Shown here piece by piece: positions 18,349 through 27,797 of a DNA stretch of 64,000 bases (positions within the stretch are counted from its first letter, which is position 1; the number at the start of each line of letters is the position of its first letter). Source of the stretch: an uncultured Eubacteriales bacterium. Its GTDB lineage: Bacteria > Acidobacteriota > Aminicenantia > Aminicenantales > UBA8522. Below the pieces are notes generated by a model. That model made no database searches, was not told the DNA's origin, and was given only the letters and a program-made list of their open reading frames with translations. Position numbers and translations under genes: made by a program. The stretch spans positions 4,820-68,819 of the forward strand of contig CAYGXD010000004.1 in NCBI GenBank assembly GCA_964353705.1. Direction: 5' to 3'.

Positions 18349-19169
18349 CCTCGCTTCTTGCCGCTGGTCCGGACTACGATCGAAATGCCCCGGGAGTCCG
18401 CCAAGGAAACCGCTTCATCCTTCTGGAAGAAGGCGACCTTCCCGGCCTCAATCCCGAGCGCAGCCCCGCCCGCCTGCAAAAGCGCCTGCACGGTGCCCAA
18501 ACCGATGGCGGGGACATCGACTCTCATGTCCTGAGATGTCCGGCCGGCCTTAACCACGACAAAACCCGGGCCGGCCAGCCGTCCGCCTCTCCGGATCGCC
18601 CGGTCCGTTCCCTCCAGGCCCTCAACGGCGACCACGACGCCGTCCTTGACGACCACTGTCTGGCCGATTTCCAGGTCAGCCGCCTGCCGGGCGATCCTCA
18701 GCCCTAAACCGATATCCGTCAGGGCCGTCCGGTTTGGTGCCGCCTTGGTAAGCACACCAGGCCGGCAGAGATGGGGCGCCAGAAGAAATCCCGGGCTCAA
18801 AACCTTGATTCCCCGGGCCTCCAGCCAGGCAAAAACGGCCTCGTGGAGGTCCGAGGTCGATTTCTTTTTCACGCCCTCCAGCCGCTTCCAGGTCTCGGCA
18901 TCGAAATTCTCCCTCCGGAAAACGACGCCGGGCCGGACCTTGCCCAACAGCAAGACCTTGGAAATCCCCTGATTCTTCAAGAAAGCGAGCGCCCGGCCGA
19001 GCTCCCCCGGCCTGACTGAAAGGAAGGAATCGGCGGCATCCTTAAGCCCCGGACCGGATTCCCCCTTGATTCCGAGCACGACGCATCGATAGCCGCGGCG
19101 ACGCAGCTCGGATACGGCCCCGGAAGCGAACGCGCCCGAGCCGGCGACTATTCCGATTCCTCGTCCCAT
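18345..19169 (-). CDS. lpxI: UDP-2,3-diacylglucosamine hydrolase LpxI (DUF1009 family)
   Basis: The N-terminus (IGIVAGSGAF), the overall pattern and the position directly downstream of lpxA fit LpxI. Confidence 0.55.
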   Translation of the reverse strand: MGRGIGIVAGSGAFASGAVSELRRRGYRCVVLGIKGESGPGLKDAADSFLSVRPGELGRALAFLKNQGISKVLLLGKVRPGVVFRRENFDAETWKRLEGVKKKSTSDLHEAVFAWLEARGIKVLSPGFLLAPHLCRPGVLTKAAPNRTALTDIGLGLRIARQAADLEIGQTVVVKDGVVVAVEGLEGTDRAIRRGGRLAGPGFVVVKAGRTSQDMRVDVPAIGLGTVQALLQAGGAALGIEAGKVAFFQKDEAVSLADSRGISIVVRTSGKKRG

Positions 19170-19972
19170 TTCCCCGACGATTTCTTGATGATCCCTCTCT
19201 TGGAAGACTGGACGAAGCGGATGACCTCATCGCGGTCCTCTCCAGCCGGGATCTGGGCCTGGATTCGCTCGATAGCCTGGCTCGTGTTGAGGTCGGAATA
19301 AAAAAGAATCCTGAACATTTCCTTGACGATCTGGATACGCTCCCGCGTGAAGCCCTGCCGCCGCATACCGATCGCGTTGAAGCCATAAAAAAGGACCGGG
19401 CGCATCCCCGCCACCTTGGCGAACGGCACGACGTCCTGGGTCACAACGGTGAATCCGCCGACGTAGGCGAATCGGCCGATCCGGTTGAATTGGTGGACGG
19501 CGCTGAAGGCGCTGATCGTGGCGAAATCGTCGACGCTGACATGGCCGCCCAAAGTGGCGGCGTTCGTGAAGACAACCGTGTTGCCGACACGGCAGTCATG
19601 GGCGATATGGCTGTAAGCCATGAAATAGCCGTCGTTTCCGACGACCGTCTCCCCGCCCCCCTTGACCGTCCCCCGGTGGACGGTGATGAACTCGCGAAAA
19701 ACGTTCCGGTCGCCGATCCGCACCTTGGTCTCCTCCTGTCGATATCCCACATCTTGAGGCTCGCCCCCGATGACGGAGAAGGGCGAAAACCGGCAGGATT
19801 CCCCGATCTCGGTTGATCCGAGTATCTGGATGTTTCCCTCGAGGCGCGTATTCCGGCGGATTACGACCTTCTCGCCGATGACACAGTGGGGTCCGACCCA
19901 AACCCCCTCCTCCAGCTGAGCTTGAGGGTGGACGAGGGAGGTCGGATGGACGAAAACTTCACTTCGAGGCAT
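19148..19972 (-). CDS. lpxA: acyl-ACP--UDP-N-acetylglucosamine O-acyltransferase
   Basis: Left-handed beta-helix hexapeptide repeats with an LpxA-like C-terminal helical domain, adjacent to fabZ. Confidence 0.8.
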   Translation of the reverse strand: MPRSEVFVHPTSLVHPQAQLEEGVWVGPHCVIGEKVVIRRNTRLEGNIQILGSTEIGESCRFSPFSVIGGEPQDVGYRQEETKVRIGDRNVFREFITVHRGTVKGGGETVVGNDGYFMAYSHIAHDCRVGNTVVFTNAATLGGHVSVDDFATISAFSAVHQFNRIGRFAYVGGFTVVTQDVVPFAKVAGMRPVLFYGFNAIGMRRQGFTRERIQIVKEMFRILFYSDLNTSQAIERIQAQIPAGEDRDEVIRFVQSSKRGIIKKSSGKWDEESE

Positions 19973-20411
19973 TCGCCTCCTCGAGGTCGACGACCGCCGC
20001 TGAGATCACCCCTTCGGCGACGATCTCCTTATCGACGATGGCCCGTCCCCGGATAGTGGCGAAACGGGCCCGGATCTTGATGATCTCCGCCTCGAGCCTG
20101 AGCTGATCTCCGGGGACGACGATCTTCCGGAACTTGATATCATGGAGTTTGCTCAGGACGACGAGCTTTCTGGCGGGGTCGGGGAGCGAATGGTAAAGGA
20201 GGATCCCGCCGGCCTGGGCCACCGCTTCGACGACAAGGACCCCGGGCATGATCTTTACTTCCGGGAAATGGCCCTCAAAAAACGACTCGTTGGCGGTGAC
20301 GTTCTTTATGGCCACTATAGACTTCCCGGCTTCCACCGAGATGACCCGGTCCACCAAAAGAAAGGGATACCGGTGAGGCAGAAACCGGAGAATCTCTTCG
20401 ACTTTAAGCAC
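19959..20411 (-). CDS. fabZ: 3-hydroxyacyl-ACP dehydratase
   Basis: 150-aa hot-dog fold with the catalytic His motif (FFEGHFP) and [13 protein letters not shown]. Confidence 0.85.
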   Translation of the reverse strand: MLKVEEILRFLPHRYPFLLVDRVISVEAGKSIVAIKNVTANESFFEGHFPEVKIMPGVLVVEAVAQAGGILLYHSLPDPARKLVVLSKLHDIKFRKIVVPGDQLRLEAEIIKIRARFATIRGRAIVDKEIVAEGVISAAVVDLEEANASK

Positions 20412-20430
20412 GGGCTTCGCTGACAGACGC

Positions 20431-21000
20431 TTACTTGGCCGGCGGCGCCGGGGCGGCCTTGGAAGCGTCGTATCTCTTGATGACCTCCTCGGTCAGGTCG
20501 ACCGAGGGGTTGAAATAGACGGCTCCGCTCTTGGCCAGGTCCAGGATGAGGTCGATGCCCTTCTCTTTCCCCAACGCTTCGATGATGGGGATGAGCTCGC
20601 TCTGGACCTTGTTGAACAGCTTCACCTGAAGATCCTGGAAATCGCGGCCGGCGTCCTCGGCCACGCGCTTTCTGTCGGTCTGCTTCTTCTGGAGATCGGC
20701 GCTCATGTTGTAGGCGGCCTCCTCGGAAAGAGTGAGGCGCTGGGTGTTGATCTTGGTCTCGAGCTGGCGGATCTCGTCATCGAGCTTGGTGATGATGCCC
20801 TGGTTAACCTTGTCTTTTTCCTGCAGCCGGGCGATGACCCTCTTCCCTTCAGCGGATCTCTCCAGGACATCCTGGGAGTTGATGACTCCGATCTTGGGAA
20901 ATTGCTGAGCTGAGCCCAGCGAGGCGGCGGCGACGAAGATCGATAGGAACAGGAGCACTCGGGCGGTCGTTTTCTTCATGGTCGAATTCCTCCTAATCAA
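20431..21000 (-). CDS. skp: OmpH/Skp periplasmic chaperone
   Basis: Signal peptide and coiled-coil-rich sequence, located immediately downstream of bamA. Confidence 0.7.
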   Translation of the reverse strand: MIRRNSTMKKTTARVLLFLSIFVAAASLGSAQQFPKIGVINSQDVLERSAEGKRVIARLQEKDKVNQGIITKLDDEIRQLETKINTQRLTLSEEAAYNMSADLQKKQTDRKRVAEDAGRDFQDLQVKLFNKVQSELIPIIEALGKEKGIDLILDLAKSGAVYFNPSVDLTEEVIKRYDASKAAPAPPAK

Positions 21001-23372
21001 AATGTTGTCCCTATGGCGAACCGAAAATTGAGGTTGGTGTCGCCGGGGTAAACAAGACGGTTATTATAGGCCAAAATCAGCCGGAAGGGAACCCGCAGGG
21101 CCGGGACGAAGATCCGGGCCTCGATTCCCGTGGAGCTGTACATGTCGCGGAAGCTGAGATGCTGCGGTTGGAGATAGGCATTGCCGATGTCATAAAAAAG
21201 GATCAGGTTGAGCGGTTCGGCGAGATGGAACTGGTACTCGGCGTTGAAGATAAAAGATTTCATCCCTCCCAGCAGCTGCCCTGTCGGGGAGCGGGGGCCG
21301 ATCGAATAGATGTCGTAGCCGCGGATGTCGCGCTCTCCCCCAATATAGAATCTCTCCCAGAAGGGGACCTCAGATCCGCTGGCCGTGAGGATGAACTGAT
21401 AAACGGCGTGCAAACCGAAGACTTGCTTGGACAGGGTCGGATGCCAGTAGGTGAACTCGAGCTTAGGCTTTAAGAATGTGACATCGCCGCCCAGCGGTCC
21501 CCCCGCATATTTAAGGGAGGCCAAAGCCATGGTCCCGCGGCTCGGGGTCAAAGGGCTGTCCACAGTGGACCTGTAAACCGTCGGGATGATGGCGCTGACC
21601 GTATATTTGCCGTATCCATATCCGGGATAGTAGCCCGGATTGCCTCCTCCATAACCCGGATAGCCTCCTCCATAACCCGGGTAGCCGGGATAGCCTCCTG
21701 AGTAAGTGGACGGACGGATGTCGACTTTTTCATAGCTGTACGTCAGGTTTCCCCGAATGTAGCCCCTGAGCCTTGCACCCGTGATGATATCGGCGCCCCG
21801 GCCCTTCCGGTCGTAGAGATACGGCATGACGATGTAGCGGTCGTAGATATTGAAACCGACGGTTATGGGCAGGTCGAAAATATAGGGTTCGGAGAATCCG
21901 AACACATAGTTCTTGACTCTCTTCCCGTATTGGGCCGTTATCTCCAGGTTCTCACCCGCGCCGAGGAAATTCACGGTCGAATAGCTGGCCATGACAAAGA
22001 ACCCTTCATAGCCGCTGTAGCCGGCCGTGAACTGGATGTTGTTCCTCTGGAGTTCTTTGACGTTGATAACGGCCTCCATCTGGGTGGGGTCCTCAGGGTT
22101 GGGTTTTATGTCCGGCTCCTTCTCCAGGTCCACCAGGCCGAGCTGCTTGATGCGGAGGATGCTGTCCTTGAACAGGGCCAGGCTGAACCGGTCTCCCTCG
22201 CGCAGCAGCATCTCGCGGCGGATGACCTTGTCTTTGGTGTAGTTATTCCCCCGGAATTCCAGCCTGGAGAGAAAGGCCACTTCCCCCTCGTATATATTGT
22301 AGGCCACGTTGACGCGCTTGTTCTTGGGATCGAGGCTTTCAATGGGCATGACCTGGACATAGAGATAGCCGACGTTACGGTAGGCATCTCCGATGTCCGT
22401 GACGGCCTTCTCCCTGATCTTGGTGCTGTAAACCTGGCCCTTCTGGAGTTTGACCAGGCTGCGGAGGTAATCGAGGGAAACAGCCTTGCTCCCTTCCACG
22501 GTGACTTCGCCCACGGAATAACGGTAGCCGGCATTCACCGGGAAGATGAGCCTCATCATCTTCTGTTCTTTCATGAAGACGGTCCGCCTGCTCATTTCCT
22601 CGATGCGAGGGACATCAACGGTGGCCTCCATATACCCGTTTTCCTGGAACTTCGCCCTGATGTTCTCCAGGTCTTCCTGGAGCTTGTTCTCTTTGTAAAC
22701 GTCCTTGCCCCCAATCCAGGAGAAGAAGCTGTGCGGCCGGTTCGATTTCATCGCCAATTGCAGCTCGCTCTGGGGGATCTTGGGACGGCCGGCGAAGACG
22801 ACTTCGCCGACCCGGACTTTAGGTCCCTCATCGATCTTGAAGAGCAGATCCATCTCGTTCTTGCCTTTCTTCTCCGTTTGGACATCGACCTTGGCGGCAT
22901 AGAGCCCTTTTTCCAGAAGAAGGTCTATGATCGTTTCCTTGACCTTCTGGACCTTGGCGGAACTGTAGTAGGAATACGGCAGAACGTACTCGTCCTTCTC
23001 CTTGAGCTTATTGACGATATCGTCCTCTTTGACCTTTTTCCCCGTCTTATACGTGATGGACTTGATGACCGGGTTCTCTTCGACCGTGATCTTGACGACT
23101 TTGCCCTCCAAGCCCTCCCCCCCCTCGATCTTCAGGTTGGAGAAGAAGCCCGTGGACCAGAGCACCCGGAAATCCTTGCGCAACGAATCCTCGTTGAAAT
23201 AGTCCCCCTCTCTCGAGGTCAGATAATAGAGTATGGTCTCAGGGGTGACCCTGTCGTTGCCGACGATCTCGATTTTTTCGATGCGCTCCTGGGCGGCCAG
23301 GGCCAGGGGCAGAAACAATGGCACCAGAAGCCAGACTAACCTCTTCATTTCCTTATCCTTATACCATATCAC
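20997..23372 (-). CDS. bamA: outer membrane protein assembly factor BamA
   Basis: Signal peptide, POTRA repeats, and a C-terminal Omp85 barrel ending in an aromatic residue (...FRFAIGTTF). It carries an unusual Gly/Tyr/Pro-rich insertion. Confidence 0.85.
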   Translation of the reverse strand: MIWYKDKEMKRLVWLLVPLFLPLALAAQERIEKIEIVGNDRVTPETILYYLTSREGDYFNEDSLRKDFRVLWSTGFFSNLKIEGGEGLEGKVVKITVEENPVIKSITYKTGKKVKEDDIVNKLKEKDEYVLPYSYYSSAKVQKVKETIIDLLLEKGLYAAKVDVQTEKKGKNEMDLLFKIDEGPKVRVGEVVFAGRPKIPQSELQLAMKSNRPHSFFSWIGGKDVYKENKLQEDLENIRAKFQENGYMEATVDVPRIEEMSRRTVFMKEQKMMRLIFPVNAGYRYSVGEVTVEGSKAVSLDYLRSLVKLQKGQVYSTKIREKAVTDIGDAYRNVGYLYVQVMPIESLDPKNKRVNVAYNIYEGEVAFLSRLEFRGNNYTKDKVIRREMLLREGDRFSLALFKDSILRIKQLGLVDLEKEPDIKPNPEDPTQMEAVINVKELQRNNIQFTAGYSGYEGFFVMASYSTVNFLGAGENLEITAQYGKRVKNYVFGFSEPYIFDLPITVGFNIYDRYIVMPYLYDRKGRGADIITGARLRGYIRGNLTYSYEKVDIRPSTYSGGYPGYPGYGGGYPGYGGGNPGYYPGYGYGKYTVSAIIPTVYRSTVDSPLTPSRGTMALASLKYAGGPLGGDVTFLKPKLEFTYWHPTLSKQVFGLHAVYQFILTASGSEVPFWERFYIGGERDIRGYDIYSIGPRSPTGQLLGGMKSFIFNAEYQFHLAEPLNLILFYDIGNAYLQPQHLSFRDMYSSTGIEARIFVPALRVPFRLILAYNNRLVYPGDTNLNFRFAIGTTF

Positions 23373-23450
23373 CGCGATTTTTCCAAGTTCCGGAATGGGG
23401 CGACAGAAAGCCTCCCGGAACGTGGCTCAATAACTAGAACGGCCGCCGGC

Positions 23451-24128
23451 TCAAATGCGTTTCAGCCGCCCGTCCTCCATGACATAGACCTTCCGGCAGA
23501 AAGCGGCGATTTTTTCGTTGTGGGTGACCACGATCGAAGTCAGCCCCCTTCGGATATGGAGGTCCTGGATCAAGCCCATGATGGCTTCCCCCGTCTTCCA
23601 GTCCAGGTTACCCGTGGGCTCGTCGGCCAGAAGAAGTTGCGGGTCATTGACCAGGGCCCGGGCCACGGCCACCCGCTGCTGCTCTCCCCCGGATAGCCGG
23701 CTGGGCTTCTGCCCGGCCTTGTCCTCCAGGAAAACTTCCTTCAGGATGGCCAGGGCTCGTCCGGCGGCTTCCCGCCTGTCCAGCCCCCGGATGAGGAGGG
23801 GAAGACAGACGTTCTCGAGGGCCGTGAACTCGGGGAGAAGATGGTAGAATTGAAACACAAAGCCGATCTTTTCATTGCGCAGGCGGGCCTTTTCCCGCTC
23901 GTCCTTGGCCTGGATATCCTCCCCGTCGAGAAGGATGGTCCCTTCGGTCGGCCGGTCGAGGCCGCCGAGGAGGTTGAGGAAGGTCGTCTTCCCCACTCCG
24001 GAAGCGCCCATGACGGCCACCAGATCGCCCCGCTCGAGGACGAAGTCGAGCCCCTCGAAAATCCGGAGATCCCCCTTGGGCATGGGGTAGGACTTGCCGA
24101 CATTCTCGGTGACGAGCAGGTTATTCAT
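23451..24128 (-). CDS. lolD: lipoprotein-releasing ABC transporter ATP-binding protein
   Basis: Walker A ([11 protein letters not shown]), signature ([15 protein letters not shown]) and Walker B ([12 protein letters not shown]). It overlaps the upstream FtsX-type permease gene. Confidence 0.75.
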   Translation of the reverse strand: MNNLLVTENVGKSYPMPKGDLRIFEGLDFVLERGDLVAVMGASGVGKTTFLNLLGGLDRPTEGTILLDGEDIQAKDEREKARLRNEKIGFVFQFYHLLPEFTALENVCLPLLIRGLDRREAAGRALAILKEVFLEDKAGQKPSRLSGGEQQRVAVARALVNDPQLLLADEPTGNLDWKTGEAIMGLIQDLHIRRGLTSIVVTHNEKIAAFCRKVYVMEDGRLKRI

Positions 24129-25338
24129 ATTTCAACGCCACCACGGGGTCGACTCTCGAAGCGCGGTGCGACGGGAACAGCGTCGAGAGGAGGCTGATGG
24201 ACAGGCTGACCCCGACAATGATCATTAAATCGATCGGCTTTATATGGAATGGGACATAGGAGATCTGGTAGATATCGACGGGCACCTTGATCAACTGAAA
24301 GGTGTTGGCAAGCCAGCAGGAGAAGAGGCCGAGCAGCACGCCTCCCGTCGTCCCGATGAACCCGATCATCGCTCCCTGCAGGAAGAATATCTTCCGGATG
24401 CTCCCGGAAGGCGCTCCGATGGCCATCAGGATCCCGATGTCCCGGGTCTTCTCCATGACCATCAGGATGAGAGTGGCGATGATGTTCAGAGCGGCCACGA
24501 CGACGATCAGAGTGATGGTCAGGAACATGATGTTCTTCTCAAGTTTCAAAGCCGAGAAAAGGGAGCGGTTGAGATCCATCCAGGTCGTCACGTACGTCGT
24601 CGGCGGCAGGACGAGCCGCAGATCCTCCGCCACCTCGGGGGCCCGGAAGATATCGGCGATCTTGATCTGGAGGTGGTTGATCCTGTCCTCCAGGCCGAAG
24701 AACTTTTGGGCACTGAAGAGCGAGATCAAGGCGGTCGTCGAATCAAATTCATACAGGCCGGTGGAAAAGAGGCCGCTGACCAGGAACCTCTTTGTCTTGG
24801 GGATGAGCCCCAGAGGCGAAAGCCGGGAGGAGGACGTCAGTATGGTGACCACATCCCCGAGGCTCGCGCCGATCGAGAAGGCCAACTCCTTGCCGAGGAC
24901 GATGCCCTCCCGGGGAGAGTCGGAAGGAAGCGATCCCTGGTCCAGCTTGGACAACCAGGGGGAATGCGCCTTATCGCGTTCGAAATCGATCCCCTTCAGC
25001 ATCCCGCCCTTGCTCTTGTAGGGCCCGCTGATAAGAACCATGTCGTAGATGATCGGCGAGACGACCTGAATGCCCTTCACCCCCCGCACCTGATCGATCA
25101 GGTCCTGATAGCCGCTCAGCCCCTCACCGCTCAGGTCGGAGACCATGATGTGGGAGGTCGCTCCCAGGATCTTGTCCTGAACGTCCTGCTGGAAACCGGT
25201 GATCAAAGCCAAGGCGATGACGAGGGCCATGACCCCGATCGCGATCCCCAGGGTCGAAATGAAGGTGATCACGGAGATAAAAGCCTGCTTCCTCTTGGCC
25301 CTGAGGTAGCGCGAGGCGATGAAAAGTTCGTAGCCCAT
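24121..25338 (-). CDS. LolC/LolE-type lipoprotein release permease (FtsX family)
   Basis: 405 aa with four TM segments and a large periplasmic loop. It is coupled to lolD. Confidence 0.75.
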   Translation of the reverse strand: MGYELFIASRYLRAKRKQAFISVITFISTLGIAIGVMALVIALALITGFQQDVQDKILGATSHIMVSDLSGEGLSGYQDLIDQVRGVKGIQVVSPIIYDMVLISGPYKSKGGMLKGIDFERDKAHSPWLSKLDQGSLPSDSPREGIVLGKELAFSIGASLGDVVTILTSSSRLSPLGLIPKTKRFLVSGLFSTGLYEFDSTTALISLFSAQKFFGLEDRINHLQIKIADIFRAPEVAEDLRLVLPPTTYVTTWMDLNRSLFSALKLEKNIMFLTITLIVVVAALNIIATLILMVMEKTRDIGILMAIGAPSGSIRKIFFLQGAMIGFIGTTGGVLLGLFSCWLANTFQLIKVPVDIYQISYVPFHIKPIDLMIIVGVSLSISLLSTLFPSHRASRVDPVVALKYE

Positions 25339-25344
25339 GGAGCC

Positions 25345-26868
25345 TTATTCTTTCGGTCTCAGCAGGGGAAAAAGGATGACCTCCCGGATCGACCTCCGGT
25401 TGGCCAGCAGCATGGTCAACCGGTCGATCCCGATCCCCTCCCCGCCCGTCGGAGGAAGGCCGTATTCCAGGGCCTGGACATAATCCAGGTCGATCCAGTG
25501 CGCTTCCTCATCACCTCTCTTCAGTCCTTCGGCCTGCTGCTCGAATCGCCGGCGCTGCTCGTTGGGGTCGGAGAGCTCGCTGAAGGCATTGGCGATCTCC
25601 ATCCCGGCCACGATGAGCTCGAAGCGCTCCGCCTCGTCCGGGTCCCGGCGCGAAGCCTTGGCCAGGGGTGAAATCTCCTTGGGCGGATCGATGATGAAGG
25701 TCGGCTGGACGATCTTGGGCTTGACCAGCTTATCGAAAATTATATCCAAGGCTTTCCCATAGGAGAGAGGCTGCTTCTCCGCGGCCAGGGTGGCCGCGAA
25801 ACGGGTCACCTCTTCGGGACTGTCGAACCGGGCGGGCGCCAAACCGCTGTGGGCGAAGAGCGCCTCTTTATAGCTGAGCCGGGCAAACGGTTTCTTGAAC
25901 GAAATGGTTTCCTCTCCGTAGGGGAACTCTTCCCGGCCGAGAAGCGTCAAGGCCAGGGAGTGGAGCAGCTCTTCGGTCAGCTCCATCATGTCGTGGTAAT
26001 CGCTGTAGGCCTCATAGAACTCGAGCATGGTGAACTCCGGGTTGTGCTCGGAGGAGATGCCCTCGTTCCGGAAGTTGCGGTTGATCTCATAGACTTTCTC
26101 CATCCCCCCGACCACGAGCCGTTTGAGATACAGCTCGGGAGCGATGCGGAGATAGAGGTCGATGCCCAGGGCGTTATGGAACGTCTTGAACGGCCGGGCC
26201 AGGGCGCCACCCGGGATGGGGTGCATCATCGGCGTCTCGACCTCCACGTAGCCGCGGGCGTCAAAGAAACGCCGGATCTCGGCGACTATCCGGCTGCGCA
26301 GCCGGAAGACCTCGCCCACCTCCGGGTTCATGATCAGGTCGAGGTAACGGCGGCGGTACCGCAGTTCGAAATCCTGGAGCCCGTGCCACTTCTCGGGAAG
26401 AGGATGGAGACACTTGGCCAGCAGGGTGTAGGCACTTGCGAGGACGGTCAACTCTCCTGTTTTGGTCTTGAAAAGAGTCCCCTTGACATCGATGATATCG
26501 CCGATATCCAGCCAGCCGAAGACCCGGTAGGCCTTCTCCCCGGCCTGGTCTTCCCTCAGGTATATCTGGAGCCTTGTCCGGCCGTCCGAGACGGTGGCGA
26601 AGGTCGCCCGGCCCATCTTGCGGATTGACATGATCCTCCCGGGGACGAGGACCGCGATTTTCCTTTCCCCCAGCTCATCCGGTGTCAGACCGGCATAATC
26701 CCGGACTATTTCGAAGACGGAATGGGTCTTGTCCGCCCGGTAGGGAAAAAGGTCAACTCCCGCCTCGGCCAGCTTCAGAATCTTCTCATCCCGGGAGATG
26801 TCCTGGTCAGACTTTTTTGCTTCTGCGGACGGCCTTGCCTTGGGCCTCTCGTTTATCTTGTCGGACAT
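25345..26868 (-). CDS. lysS: lysine--tRNA ligase, class II
   Basis: OB-fold anticodon-binding N-domain, class II motifs (FRNEGIS, GGEGIGIDRL), 507 aa. Confidence 0.9.
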   Translation of the reverse strand: MSDKINERPKARPSAEAKKSDQDISRDEKILKLAEAGVDLFPYRADKTHSVFEIVRDYAGLTPDELGERKIAVLVPGRIMSIRKMGRATFATVSDGRTRLQIYLREDQAGEKAYRVFGWLDIGDIIDVKGTLFKTKTGELTVLASAYTLLAKCLHPLPEKWHGLQDFELRYRRRYLDLIMNPEVGEVFRLRSRIVAEIRRFFDARGYVEVETPMMHPIPGGALARPFKTFHNALGIDLYLRIAPELYLKRLVVGGMEKVYEINRNFRNEGISSEHNPEFTMLEFYEAYSDYHDMMELTEELLHSLALTLLGREEFPYGEETISFKKPFARLSYKEALFAHSGLAPARFDSPEEVTRFAATLAAEKQPLSYGKALDIIFDKLVKPKIVQPTFIIDPPKEISPLAKASRRDPDEAERFELIVAGMEIANAFSELSDPNEQRRRFEQQAEGLKRGDEEAHWIDLDYVQALEYGLPPTGGEGIGIDRLTMLLANRRSIREVILFPLLRPKE

Positions 26869-27301
26869 TTTTCACCTCTCGCTCGGGCGCGGCTTGGGCG
26901 TGGATCTTCTTCCTCAGGGCATCCAGGATCCCATTGACAAAGGTCGCTGCTTCCGGACCGCTGAACTTCTTGGCGATCTCAATGGCCTCGTTGATCACGA
27001 TAGCCGGGGCTATCGATTCACCGTGGAGGAGCTCGAAAGCGGCCAGGCGCAGGATATTCCGGTCGACCAGGGCCATCCGCTGGATCCGCCAGTGCTCGGA
27101 AACGGATTGGATGGCGGCATCGACTTCTTCGCGCTTGGCGGAGATCCCTTCGACCAGCCAGCGGCTGTATTCTTTGGTCTCAGCCGCCCCCCTTTTCTTT
27201 TTCCAGAAGGCCGTGACCGCCTCGCCTGCACCGGGAAGATCAAATTCCAGCCGATAGAGGATCTGCAGGGCGCTCTCCCGGGCTATCCGTCTCTGGCCCA
27301 T
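26807..27301 (-). CDS. nusB: transcription antitermination factor NusB
   Basis: NusB fold sequence (ARESALQILY...NGILD) with a basic C-terminal tail that overlaps the lysS start. Confidence 0.8.
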   Translation of the reverse strand: MGQRRIARESALQILYRLEFDLPGAGEAVTAFWKKKRGAAETKEYSRWLVEGISAKREEVDAAIQSVSEHWRIQRMALVDRNILRLAAFELLHGESIAPAIVINEAIEIAKKFSGPEAATFVNGILDALRKKIHAQAAPEREVKNVRQDKREAQGKAVRRSKKV

Positions 27302-27314
27302 TGACGACGATGCC

Positions 27315-27785
27315 TCAGCCCAGCTTCGCCGCCTTGACCAGATTCAACATCTCGACGACCGAGAGGGCGGCGTCCCAGCCCTTGTTCCCGGACTTCGTGC
27401 CCGCCCGTTCGATGCCCTGCTCGATCGTATCGACGGTGAGAATGCCGAAGGCGCAGGGGATCCCTTCGTCCATGCTGATCTGGGCGATGCCCTTCGTCAC
27501 CTCGGCGCTCAGATAATCAAAATGCGGCGTATCGCCCCTGATGAGGGCTCCCAGACAGATGATGCCGTCCACCTTTTTCGCTGCGGCCAGCTTCTTCACT
27601 AGGAAAGGGACCTCGAATGATCCCGGAACCTTGTAGACGGTGATATCCGTCTCGGCGGCGCCCAGTTTGGTCAGGGCGTCCAACGCTCCCTCGAGAAGGC
27701 GCTCCGAGATGAAGCTGTTGAACCGGCTGAGCACGATGCCGATCTTGAGTCCTTTGGCCTGCAGTTTACCCTGGTATGTTTCCAT
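27315..27785 (-). CDS. ribH: 6,7-dimethyl-8-ribityllumazine synthase
   Basis: The sequence ([12 protein letters not shown]...[16 protein letters not shown]) is typical of RibH. Confidence 0.9.
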   Translation of the reverse strand: METYQGKLQAKGLKIGIVLSRFNSFISERLLEGALDALTKLGAAETDITVYKVPGSFEVPFLVKKLAAAKKVDGIICLGALIRGDTPHFDYLSAEVTKGIAQISMDEGIPCAFGILTVDTIEQGIERAGTKSGNKGWDAALSVVEMLNLVKAAKLG

Positions 27786-27797
27786 GTGTCACCTCTC

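Noticed and set aside
21930-23339. 469-aa plus-strand ORF antisense to bamA. Analogous long antisense ORFs lie at 24244-25671 (antisense to lolC/lysS), 5269-6345, 15750-17066, 33192-34466, 34409-35191, 37564-38979, 39332-40705, 40122-41411, 45906-47255, 52372-54246, 55949-56833 and 57839-58849.
   Set aside because: All lie opposite well-supported genes. All have low-complexity, Asp/Gly/Arg/Leu-rich translations and no recognizable domains. They were treated as non-coding shadows.
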